A stretch of DNA of 64,000 nt. Source: Candidatus Pacearchaeota archaeon (GTDB lineage: Archaea; Nanobdellota; Nanobdellia; Pacearchaeales; GW2011-AR1). The stretch lies in the NCBI GenBank assembly GCA_018303845.1, contig JAGVXH010000004.1, forward strand, positions 197,165 to 261,164, in the 5' to 3' direction. This document shows positions 40,486 to 48,609 of this stretch, one piece after another. Position 1 is the first letter of the stretch; the number at the start of each line of letters is the position of its first letter. Under the pieces are notes generated by a model. It saw only the letters and a list, made by a program, of their open reading frames with translations, had not been told where the DNA came from and did not search any database. The translations under genes and the position numbers were made by a program.

Positions 40486-40940
40486 CACAAAATCCTCTCC
40501 ATAGCAATCCGTCGTCCTTTATAATTTTTTATCATACTCTTCGGAAATAATTTTTTAGAAGGTTTTTCAATTTCAACAAATCCATTCTTCCCGTAAAACC
40601 GAATCGCATTTCCCATTTCAGAATATGTCGTTAAAAGAATTTTTTCAAAACCAGCTTTCTCACAAAAATCAAAACACTTCTTCATAAGCTTATCACCAAC
40701 TCCATTTTTCTGAAAGTCTTTTTGAACATACATCCTTTTCAAGCTCGCAACCTTATCATCAACTTTTTTAATCGCCGCACATCCAATTATTTTCCCATCT
40801 TCCTCGGCTACGAAAAAAACATCATAATAATTAAAATCTTCCCATTCAATTTTAATCGAACCATACATATCGCACAAAATACAACGAATCAATTCTCTAA
40901 TCTTAGCCATGTCCCCAGAATTATATTTCCGAATTTTCAT
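40485..40940 (-). CDS. GNAT family N-acetyltransferase
   Basis: LKRMYVQKDFQKNGVG, AIRFYGKNGF. Confidence 0.92.
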   Translation of the reverse strand: MKIRKYNSGDMAKIRELIRCILCDMYGSIKIEWEDFNYYDVFFVAEEDGKIIGCAAIKKVDDKVASLKRMYVQKDFQKNGVGDKLMKKCFDFCEKAGFEKILLTTYSEMGNAIRFYGKNGFVEIEKPSKKLFPKSMIKNYKGRRIAMERIL

Positions 40941-41517
40941 CTAAATGCCTCACACAGTTTAACAAAATTTCATTAAAGTTTTTATCTTCATCAATTTCAA
41001 AAATACTAATTGAAGTATTTCCCAAATTAGGAATATCTTTATGCTCACAATTCATTACATGTCTTAAAATATTCTTGCAGATTCCACTATGTCCAACCAA
41101 AAGAATATTTTCGAAATCCAAAGTCAAAATATAATTCAACAAATCTTTAGCTCTGGCAAGAATCTCTTCATGAGTTTCAACATCATCTCCCTTGATAACG
41201 TCAGCAATAAGCTTATCCTTTCCAATTCCCAAGTCTTCTTTTTCTCTTTTCCCTTGAAAACTTCCAAGATATCTTTCCCTCAATCTCTCATCAAACAAAA
41301 TTTCACAATCATGAAACCTCGCAACTTCTCTCGTCGTATCAACCGCTCGAGCCAAATCACTAGAAATAATCAAATCTATCTTTTCATCCTTTAATTTTTT
41401 CGCCAATCTCTGAGCCTGTTCCCTCCCTAAATCCGAAAGAACTCCAGGCAAATGTCCTTGAATAATTCCCGCCCGATTCTCTACTGTTTCTCCATGCCTA
41501 GTAATAATAAGCCTCAT
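40921..41517 (-). CDS. histidine phosphatase family protein
   Basis: RHGET..N, SSDLARA, LRER, LVGHSG. Confidence 0.93.
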   Translation of the reverse strand: MRLIITRHGETVENRAGIIQGHLPGVLSDLGREQAQRLAKKLKDEKIDLIISSDLARAVDTTREVARFHDCEILFDERLRERYLGSFQGKREKEDLGIGKDKLIADVIKGDDVETHEEILARAKDLLNYILTLDFENILLVGHSGICKNILRHVMNCEHKDIPNLGNTSISIFEIDEDKNFNEILLNCVRHLDENSEI

Positions 41518-41539
41518 CCCAAAACCTCCCAACTCAAAA

Positions 41540-41569
41540 AGTCCGCGTTAGTCCGCGTTAGTCCGCGTG
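41540..41569 (+). repeat. triplet 10-bp micro-array (solo)
   Basis: AGTCCGCGTT AGTCCGCGTT AGTCCGCGTG. Confidence 0.85.
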
Positions 41570-41572
41570 CCA

Positions 41573-42208
41573 TTATTTCCCTTCCCTCATCAATTTATTC
41601 ATCTCATCATAAGAAATCCTAAACCCATAAACTCTTTCAAACAAATCATAAAACTGATCCTCACTTTTAATAGAACCCAATCCTTTCAAAAGCTCCAATA
41701 CATTTTCTTTACCAAATTCTTCAACTAAAATCTTAACAACAAATCCAGATTCATTATAAACAAATTTTCCATATTCGCCATAAAAATCCAAAAAGTTAAC
41801 AAACTTTTCAGGACAAGTTCGAGTCTTGTATTGCCCAGCCAAATAAAGTGCCAATCCCTCACTTAACCAAACAGGAGTATGCGAATAATGAAAAAGATTC
41901 CAAAAGGAGTGCGTAAGTTCGTGTTTAATTAGCATAAAAAATCTTTCATCAGAATAGATATGACCATCAGCATCTTTCTCGTAAGCTTCAGGATCTAAAA
42001 GATAAATAGAGTCATTACATGCAAAAGCAATTTCCCAACCATCAGTTTCTTTATCTCTAATAGAGTTGTAAGTCTTTCTGTCAGGAACAAAAACAATTTT
42101 AGTCCTATTCATAATCCAATCTCTCTCAAAAAATTCATCTAATTCCTTCATTGCCCGCTCATAAAATTCATCAAATTTCTCATTCTTAATTTTCTCAATC
42201 TTAAACAT
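41573..42208 (-). CDS. gluzincin / peptidase MA-like protein
   Basis: KHELTH...PVWLSEGLALY. Confidence 0.8.
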   Translation of the reverse strand: MFKIEKIKNEKFDEFYERAMKELDEFFERDWIMNRTKIVFVPDRKTYNSIRDKETDGWEIAFACNDSIYLLDPEAYEKDADGHIYSDERFFMLIKHELTHSFWNLFHYSHTPVWLSEGLALYLAGQYKTRTCPEKFVNFLDFYGEYGKFVYNESGFVVKILVEEFGKENVLELLKGLGSIKSEDQFYDLFERVYGFRISYDEMNKLMREGK

Positions 42209-43208
42209 TTTTTCCCTCCTCCCCCAACTTCCGAATCCGCGCCACGAAAAATCCGTCGGTATCATTATCCTGCGGGTACAGCCTCAAACACTTACTAACT
42301 TCATCTGAAAACTTCTCTCCTTCCCATTCACAAACCCCGCTTCTAAACTTCAAAGGCAAACTCAATTTTTCAACCTCACAATCAAACTTCCTAAGTAAAG
42401 AATTAACCGTCATCTCATTTTCTTCCGGACTCAAAGTGCAAGTCGAATAAATCATAACCCCGCCAACTTTTAGCAAATTAAACGCAGCCCCAGCTAGCGC
42501 CCTTTGAGTCTTCGCAATCTTTCTAATCATATGTGGATTCCACATCTCAAAAGTCTTAGGACTCTTCCTCAAAGTCCCCTCCCCCGAACAAGGCGCGTCC
42601 ACCAAAATCTTATCAAACCTAAACTGCGACTTCTTAAACAGCCTATCACAAAGCGCAACGCCTTCCATCCGACAAACAATCGTATTCATGACCCCACACC
42701 TTTCCAAATTAGAATTCAAAATCCCAATCCTCCCCATGTTCAACTCATTTGCCAAAATAAACCCGCCATTCCCCATCATCGCTGCGGCTTGCGTAGTCTT
42801 ACTCCCAGGCGAAGCACACAAATCCAAAACATGGTCTCCCTCCTCAGGACGCAAAGCCATCATCGGAAGCATAGAAGAAATTTCCTGAACATAATAATAC
42901 CCAAGCAAATGCTCCCTAGTCTTCCCCAAATCCCCAGGAAGAGGCCCAGAATCCACAATCATTACCTCGGGAAAATCCTTAAACGGCTGTCGAACAACCC
43001 ATCCATAATTCTGCAATCTCTTAAGCAACTCCTTAGCATCCATCTTCAAAGTATTACACCGAATCGAGCTAGGACACTTAGTATAAGAAATATCAAAAAA
43101 TTCCTTCGCTCCAGCCTCACCTAAAAGCACCTCCATCTTTTTCACAAAACCTTCTTTCGGAGGAAACTTCTCTCTCAAGTACGCAGAATAACTCTTCCGT
43201 TCATCCAT
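42201..43208 (-). CDS. RsmB/NOP (NOL1) family RNA m5C methyltransferase
   Basis: YYVQE.SSM, LDLCASPGSKT, LVDAPCSGEG, YSTCT..PEENE. Confidence 0.95.
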   Translation of the reverse strand: MDERKSYSAYLREKFPPKEGFVKKMEVLLGEAGAKEFFDISYTKCPSSIRCNTLKMDAKELLKRLQNYGWVVRQPFKDFPEVMIVDSGPLPGDLGKTREHLLGYYYVQEISSMLPMMALRPEEGDHVLDLCASPGSKTTQAAAMMGNGGFILANELNMGRIGILNSNLERCGVMNTIVCRMEGVALCDRLFKKSQFRFDKILVDAPCSGEGTLRKSPKTFEMWNPHMIRKIAKTQRALAGAAFNLLKVGGVMIYSTCTLSPEENEMTVNSLLRKFDCEVEKLSLPLKFRSGVCEWEGEKFSDEVSKCLRLYPQDNDTDGFFVARIRKLGEEGKNV

Positions 43209-43248
43209 AAAAACAAAACATTTTCTCTGTATAAAAACCTAACCAACC

Positions 43249-45183
43249 CTACTCAAAAAACACCTGCGAAACTCCCCTCACTTTTCCAACCCTACCAACC
43301 ATCCAACAAACATCATCAAGCCCTCGAGGGATAACAACAAAATCACATTCAACATCCCCATTTCCAACAATTCGCGCATTCGCACTCCGAACAACAAACC
43401 CACCTCTCGAAATCGTATTCAACAAATCTGCCAAAATCCCACTCCTGTCTCCGCAAAGAGCTTTAAGTCTCAAAGGTCGATTAAACTTTTCCTTCCAAAA
43501 AACAGGAACAGCATTTTTCAAATTTCCAGCAAGTCGCGGACAATCACTTTTATGAACCAAAATCTTTTTCTGCGATTTCGCAACCCCAAGCAACTCGTCT
43601 TTCGGTAAAGGGTAACAACACTTCGCAAAAGAAAAATCACTTCGCAAAAAATCAGCAGATTCAACCAAGCTATCAAAATCCCTCTCGTCGCCAATCAAAA
43701 TATTCGGTTTCTTCGGAACAGGAATAGATTCATATCTTTTAATCCCCTGTCTAATCTTAGATTTCGCTCTAGATGAAACAACAAACTTCAACCAGTCCCT
43801 TCGTGGCCTCTGATTCTTATTGGTCAAAATCTCAACAACACATCCATTCTTCAAGACTTCCTTCAACGAAACAAATTTCCCATCAATCCTCCCGCCAATA
43901 GCCCGCTCTCCAATCTGCTGATGAATTGAATAAGCAAAATCCAAAAGCGTAGCGTCCTTAGGAAGTTCACGGACATCGCCCTTTGGAGTATAGCAATAAA
44001 TTTTATCCGCAAACAAATCAAGTTTCAAATTCTTCATAAATTCTTTATCAGTTGAATCCCTCTGCGACTCCATCAAAGCCTTCATCCATCCAACCTTCTT
44101 CTCAAAACCAGCATCTCCAGAAACACCCTTATAATTCCAATGAGAAGCAATCCCCTCCTCTGCCTCTTCGTCCATTTTCTCAGTCCTAATCTGCACTTCA
44201 ATTTCCTTAGCATTCTCGTCTCCTGCCTCCCGTTTCCCATCCGCATTTCCAACAGACACCCGCACGACCGTATGAAGCGACTGGTATCCACTAAGTTTTG
44301 GAGAATTAATATAATCTTTTAATCTCCCCTCAACCGGAATAAATCTTTCGTGCAAAATCCCAAGCACATCATAGCAATCTCGCTCTCCCTTAACGATAAT
44401 CCTAATCGCATAATGATCTTTCTGTTTGCTAAGCGGCTCGCCCCTTTTATGTATTTTATCAAAAATACTTTTAATCTGTTTATTTCTCCCCTTAATTTTC
44501 ACAACTCCAACTCGTGGTTTCAAAATCTCTCCAAGTTCCTCAATAAACTTCCTAAGAAATTCTTCTCGTTCACTTTTCGTCTCCTTAAAAAAATTAGAAA
44601 TCTCTTCGTACTTTCGCGGGTGAAGTGTCTTAAACGCAAGGTCTTCCAAATTATTTTTAATATAATCAAGCCCAAGCCTCATCGCCAAAGGAACATAAAT
44701 CTCCAAAATATCCTCGGCAATTCGCCTTTGCTCCTTTTCTTTTAACGCAGAAATAATTCTCAAATTCGCAAGCTTAACAGCAAGCTTAACAAAAACAACT
44801 CGAACATCATCAAGCCCAGTAAGCAAAATCTTCCTAACCATTTCCGCCTGAACCAAAGTATTATTCTTTTTTATTACCCGAAGTTGCAACTGCCCAAAAA
44901 CAATTTTAGCAATCTCTTCACCAAACTCCATAGCAATATCTTTGAAGGCAAGGTCCTTTTCAACGCCATACAAAATACCAGCGACTACAATTTCAGCAGA
45001 TAAACCACTCATGACCAAAATCTCTCCAACGTCAAGATTAAATTCAGAAAGCGGCGTCCTAGAAAATTCTTTTTCTCCAACCAGATTTAGCTCGACAAAT
45101 TCAATCGACTTATTTATCAATCGCAGATCCTTATTAGAATATTTTCTCTCGCAAAGTTCAAGAAATCTTTCCTTATTTTTCAT
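43249..45183 (-). CDS. long RelA/SpoT homolog with degenerate hydrolase motif
   Basis: KDYI..PK.SGYQSLHT, EVQIRT, ASHWNYK, TGS (TPKG..LDFAYSIH), Zn finger CCYPLP, ACT DRSGILAD. Confidence 0.9.
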   Translation of the reverse strand: MKNKERFLELCERKYSNKDLRLINKSIEFVELNLVGEKEFSRTPLSEFNLDVGEILVMSGLSAEIVVAGILYGVEKDLAFKDIAMEFGEEIAKIVFGQLQLRVIKKNNTLVQAEMVRKILLTGLDDVRVVFVKLAVKLANLRIISALKEKEQRRIAEDILEIYVPLAMRLGLDYIKNNLEDLAFKTLHPRKYEEISNFFKETKSEREEFLRKFIEELGEILKPRVGVVKIKGRNKQIKSIFDKIHKRGEPLSKQKDHYAIRIIVKGERDCYDVLGILHERFIPVEGRLKDYINSPKLSGYQSLHTVVRVSVGNADGKREAGDENAKEIEVQIRTEKMDEEAEEGIASHWNYKGVSGDAGFEKKVGWMKALMESQRDSTDKEFMKNLKLDLFADKIYCYTPKGDVRELPKDATLLDFAYSIHQQIGERAIGGRIDGKFVSLKEVLKNGCVVEILTNKNQRPRRDWLKFVVSSRAKSKIRQGIKRYESIPVPKKPNILIGDERDFDSLVESADFLRSDFSFAKCCYPLPKDELLGVAKSQKKILVHKSDCPRLAGNLKNAVPVFWKEKFNRPLRLKALCGDRSGILADLLNTISRGGFVVRSANARIVGNGDVECDFVVIPRGLDDVCWMVGRVGKVRGVSQVFFE

Positions 45184-45275
45184 AATAGTATAAAGAAGTC
45201 CAAATTAATAAATCTAACACAAAACATACTTTCAATCCCAATAATCCTTATTAACTAAAATCACCCTTCTCTCTT

Positions 45276-46406
45276 ATGCCATCAAAGAAAAGAGTAGTCC
45301 ACCTAATTATCACAAACCTAATTCGCTTCATCCTTTTCTTAACCTTTATTTACGCCATTACATCAAATCGAACTCTTGTTCAAACCATTTCTGCAATCGC
45401 TTTTGTAATAACCTTCATCCCAACAATCCTAAACAAAATCTTCAACATCCAAATCCCAGCGAGTGCTGAAATTCTCTACCTGATGTTTGTCTACGGACTT
45501 CTAATCCTAGGAGAACAAAGAGGTTTTTACCACGGCCTTTGGTGGTGGGACATATTAATGACATTCACCGCATCTCTCGCCCTAGGCTTCACGGCTCTTT
45601 CAATCATTCACGTCCTCCATAAAACAAACCGAATCAACACAAATCCATTTTTAGCAGCAATTCTAATATTCAGCCTAACTCTTTCTCTAGCAACACTATG
45701 GGAAGTATTCGAATTCACATTAGACACCTTAATCAGCTCAGGACTTCAAGCAAGTTTAATCGACACAATGCAAGACATTTCAATTAATGTTCTAGGCGCA
45801 GTCTTAATATCAATCGCAGGATACACATCTCTCAAGAAAGGAAATTCAATTTTTGCAAGCACATTTCTAACAAGCCTAATAGAAAAAACTCCTCTACTCT
45901 TAGGTCCAAAAAGGAAAGAAAAAGACCCCAAAAAAATAGCGCAAGAAATAATTCAGATTGGAGAGACTTCAAAAATAGAATTCAAGTCAACATTAAGAAC
46001 AAACCTTCACACAAATCAACCCGACAAAAAAATGGAACTAGCAGTAATAAAAACAATCGCAGCGTTCCTAAATACAAAAGGCGGAAATCTCATAGTTGGA
46101 ATCTCAGACGACAAAAGCATTTTAGGATTAGAACTAGACGGTTTTCAAAATGACGATAAAATAAATCTTCATTTAACAAATCTAATCAAGTCTCACATCG
46201 GAAACGAATTTCTCCCCTTCATAAAAACAGCAATAGTAGAAATAGAAAATAAAAAAATCCTCCTAATCTTATGCAGGGAATCCAAAAAAAGAGTATTTCT
46301 AAAATCAGATAACAAAGAAGAATTCTATATTAGAAACGGACCAGCAAGTGTGAAGCTAGAAGGCAACGCTCTAATCGATTACATTAATCACAAGTTCCAA
46401 AGTTAA
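45276..46406 (+). CDS. multi-TM membrane domain fused to Schlafen/AlbA_2 domain
   Basis: About 6 TM (WWWD...WEVFEF..D...DTMQD), then GETSKIEFKSTLR...IAAFLNTKGGNLIVGISDD...FYIRNG. Confidence 0.82.
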   Translation: MPSKKRVVHLIITNLIRFILFLTFIYAITSNRTLVQTISAIAFVITFIPTILNKIFNIQIPASAEILYLMFVYGLLILGEQRGFYHGLWWWDILMTFTASLALGFTALSIIHVLHKTNRINTNPFLAAILIFSLTLSLATLWEVFEFTLDTLISSGLQASLIDTMQDISINVLGAVLISIAGYTSLKKGNSIFASTFLTSLIEKTPLLLGPKRKEKDPKKIAQEIIQIGETSKIEFKSTLRTNLHTNQPDKKMELAVIKTIAAFLNTKGGNLIVGISDDKSILGLELDGFQNDDKINLHLTNLIKSHIGNEFLPFIKTAIVEIENKKILLILCRESKKRVFLKSDNKEEFYIRNGPASVKLEGNALIDYINHKFQS

Positions 46407-46409
46407 ATT

Positions 46410-47036
46410 CTATTTGCCATCGTGCCAATGCCCACAACTCTCACAAGGCTTATTCAAAAACAAAATAGGAAAAACAATATCCGAAATACAACACGGAACA
46501 TAAACAGTCAAAAAGACTAGCCCAGAAATAAGCAAAATCCCTAAGGAATTAAGCTCAATTGAAAACGCCAAAATATAAAACAGACTAGCAAAGATAGACA
46601 AAAAAACATGCAACACATGACTCACACGAAACAAATCAGAATACATTCCAAGAACAGCTCCGAACAAAGCAACCCCCAAAATTAACAAAGGTTCTTCGAT
46701 AATAGGAAGATGAAAAGTCGTATCAAGCGACAATAAATTCCCAGCCAAAAAAGGAAAAACCACATCACTTAAACTTCCAATAGAAATTGCTCCAACTATC
46801 CCAATTAAAACACTTTCCCAAATAGATTTTTTATATTTCCAATAAAGAGCAGAAGTAGCAACTGCAGAAACTGCAACATGAGCAGGATGCGCAATTTCAA
46901 ATAACTCTTCACTCGGAACTCGTCCCAAATAATAAAAGACAGCAACCAAAATACCAGCAAATAAACTCGCACCCAAAGTAAATGGCAAATGATGTTTCAT
47001 TTCTCGCGAAATAGTTTGAATCTTTTTTTCTTTCAT
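46410..47036 (-). CDS. His/Cys-rich membrane protein (putative metal transporter)
   Basis: HHLPFT, HPAHV, SHVLHV, PCCISDIVFP, CESCGHWH. Confidence 0.65.
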   Translation of the reverse strand: MKEKKIQTISREMKHHLPFTLGASLFAGILVAVFYYLGRVPSEELFEIAHPAHVAVSAVATSALYWKYKKSIWESVLIGIVGAISIGSLSDVVFPFLAGNLLSLDTTFHLPIIEEPLLILGVALFGAVLGMYSDLFRVSHVLHVFLSIFASLFYILAFSIELNSLGILLISGLVFLTVYVPCCISDIVFPILFLNKPCESCGHWHDGK

Positions 47037-47063
47037 GAAGCAACCAAAGAAATGTGTTTTAAA

Positions 47064-47918
47064 TTACTTTTCATCCAACAACAAACTCGCCCCAATAACC
47101 CCACCCATATCAACCTTCCCCCAAACAACCCTAATCTTCGTCGGCAAAAAAGAATACTTCGAAACACTCTTATTCACCATTTCTAAAAAGACCTTTCCAC
47201 TATCCCGAATCCCTCCTCCCAAAACAACAACCTCACTATCAAGCACACTAACAATACTCGCAATCCCCTCACCCAAATAATCCGCCGCCTCTTCCAGAAT
47301 TTCCCTAGCTTTCTCTCTTTTTCTAATGCCTAATTTCTTATTTCTTATTTCTCTAGTTAGATCTCTAACTAGCACTCCCTTCCCAAACTCTTTCTCAATT
47401 CTTCTTTTAGTCTCCTTCCACAAACTCTCAAAATCTTTACCTCGAACGAAAATATGCCCAAGCTCACTCCCATACCCACCAGCGCCACGATAAAGCTTCC
47501 CATCAATCACAACGCCTCCTCCAATCCCAGTCCCAAGCGCAATCACAAAAAAATTCCTCCTCTTAATCCCCATCTTCAACTCAGCCAAAGCAACACATCC
47601 AACATCATTAGCAACCTCAACCCGCTTTCCAAATTTTTTCTCTAGATACTTCTTCAAATTAAAATTCTTCAAATCAACATTTGGAGGATTCTTCACAACC
47701 CCATCCTTAACCGGAGCCGGAAATCCAACACCAATACCAACGACATCGTCCCTCATAAAATTCCCTGCAAGTTCACAAATCTTTTCCAAAAGTAATTTCC
47801 GACTCTTAGGCGTATCACAAGAAACAACTTTCAAAATCTTATTATTCAAAACCAATCCGCATCTAATACTAGTTCCCCCAATGTCAAACGCAATCACCGC
47901 TCTTTTATTTCCAAACAT
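47064..47918 (-). CDS. ROK family sugar kinase
   Basis: DIGGT, VANDVGCVALAE, LGTGIGGG, SELGH. Confidence 0.93.
   Translation of the reverse strand: MFGNKRAVIAFDIGGTSIRCGLVLNNKILKVVSCDTPKSRKLLLEKICELAGNFMRDDVVGIGVGFPAPVKDGVVKNPPNVDLKNFNLKKYLEKKFGKRVEVANDVGCVALAELKMGIKRRNFFVIALGTGIGGGVVIDGKLYRGAGGYGSELGHIFVRGKDFESLWKETKRRIEKEFGKGVLVRDLTREIRNKKLGIRKREKAREILEEAADYLGEGIASIVSVLDSEVVVLGGGIRDSGKVFLEMVNKSVSKYSFLPTKIRVVWGKVDMGGVIGASLLLDEK
47321..47348 (+). repeat. 7-bp tandem micro-array, in-frame inside the ROK gene
   Basis: TTCTAAT GCCTAAT TTCTTAT TTCTTAT; encodes IRNKKLGIR. Confidence 0.65.
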
Positions 47919-47953
47919 AAAAACAAAACATAAATCAACTTTATAATTCTTAC

Positions 47954-48169
47954 TTATTCAAAATACCCATAAACATAATCCCCCTTGGAAACAATCCGCC
48001 CCCCATCATCATGCTCCATCGAAACATTATCCCTCACCAAATCATAACTAACACTCCCACCGCAAACCATCGGCAACAATGTCATGCACAATAGAACCGC
48101 AAAAAAAATGCCCCGCCCCGAACCAAGAACGCTTTCTCTTTCAATTTTTTGTTTTGTTTGTTTTTTCAT
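47954..48169 (-). pseudogene. N-terminal fragment of a secreted Rhs-like protein
   Basis: Signal-peptide-like GIFFAVLLCMTLLPMVCG, then YD-like HDDGGRIVSKGDYVYGY and an early stop. Confidence 0.5.
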
Positions 48170-48609
48170 AGGGCTAAAATGAGAAATACCATAGAGACTA
48201 TGAAAAGTATCATAGAGCTCAATATCACAATTTTATAAAATTTTAATTTTTTATCTTTTTCATTCAAATGTAAAATAAAGCTAAAAAATGCATAAGGATT
48301 ATATCTGGTATATTCCGGCATTTGTTTTGAGATAAAAGGGATTTCGGTCATATCTGTTAACTTATCTAGATATTTATGATTCTTGTTCTTTAAGTGTAAA
48401 TACATCTTAAAATTAAGATTATAAGATAAAAAGAGAAGAGCTATTGCTAATATATTAAAAAATATTTCAAGTAAATAAAAAGTAGACATCTCTCCTTTTA
48501 TCATTCCATAGATTATGGCTCCTTGTATTATTATGAATATCGGTAGGCCAAAAATGATGATTGCTATCAAAAAACCCCTCCACAAAGCATAGTTTTTTTT
48601 ATTCTTCAT
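48166..48609 (-). CDS. putative immunity protein (membrane)
   Basis: AT-rich 3-TM ORF coupled by ATGA overlap to the Rhs stop. Confidence 0.6.
   Translation of the reverse strand: MKNKKNYALWRGFLIAIIIFGLPIFIIIQGAIIYGMIKGEMSTFYLLEIFFNILAIALLFLSYNLNFKMYLHLKNKNHKYLDKLTDMTEIPFISKQMPEYTRYNPYAFFSFILHLNEKDKKLKFYKIVILSSMILFIVSMVFLILAL

Noticed and set aside
42221..42245. CCCCCAACTTCCGAATCCGC resembling the 8-bp arrays
   Set aside because: Explained by the normal methyltransferase C-terminal sequence ARIRKLG.
42504..43124. Long antisense ORFs (also 61518-62276, 56788-57297, 11951-12505 and others)
   Set aside because: These are shadows of well-supported genes on the other strand, favoured by the strand bias.
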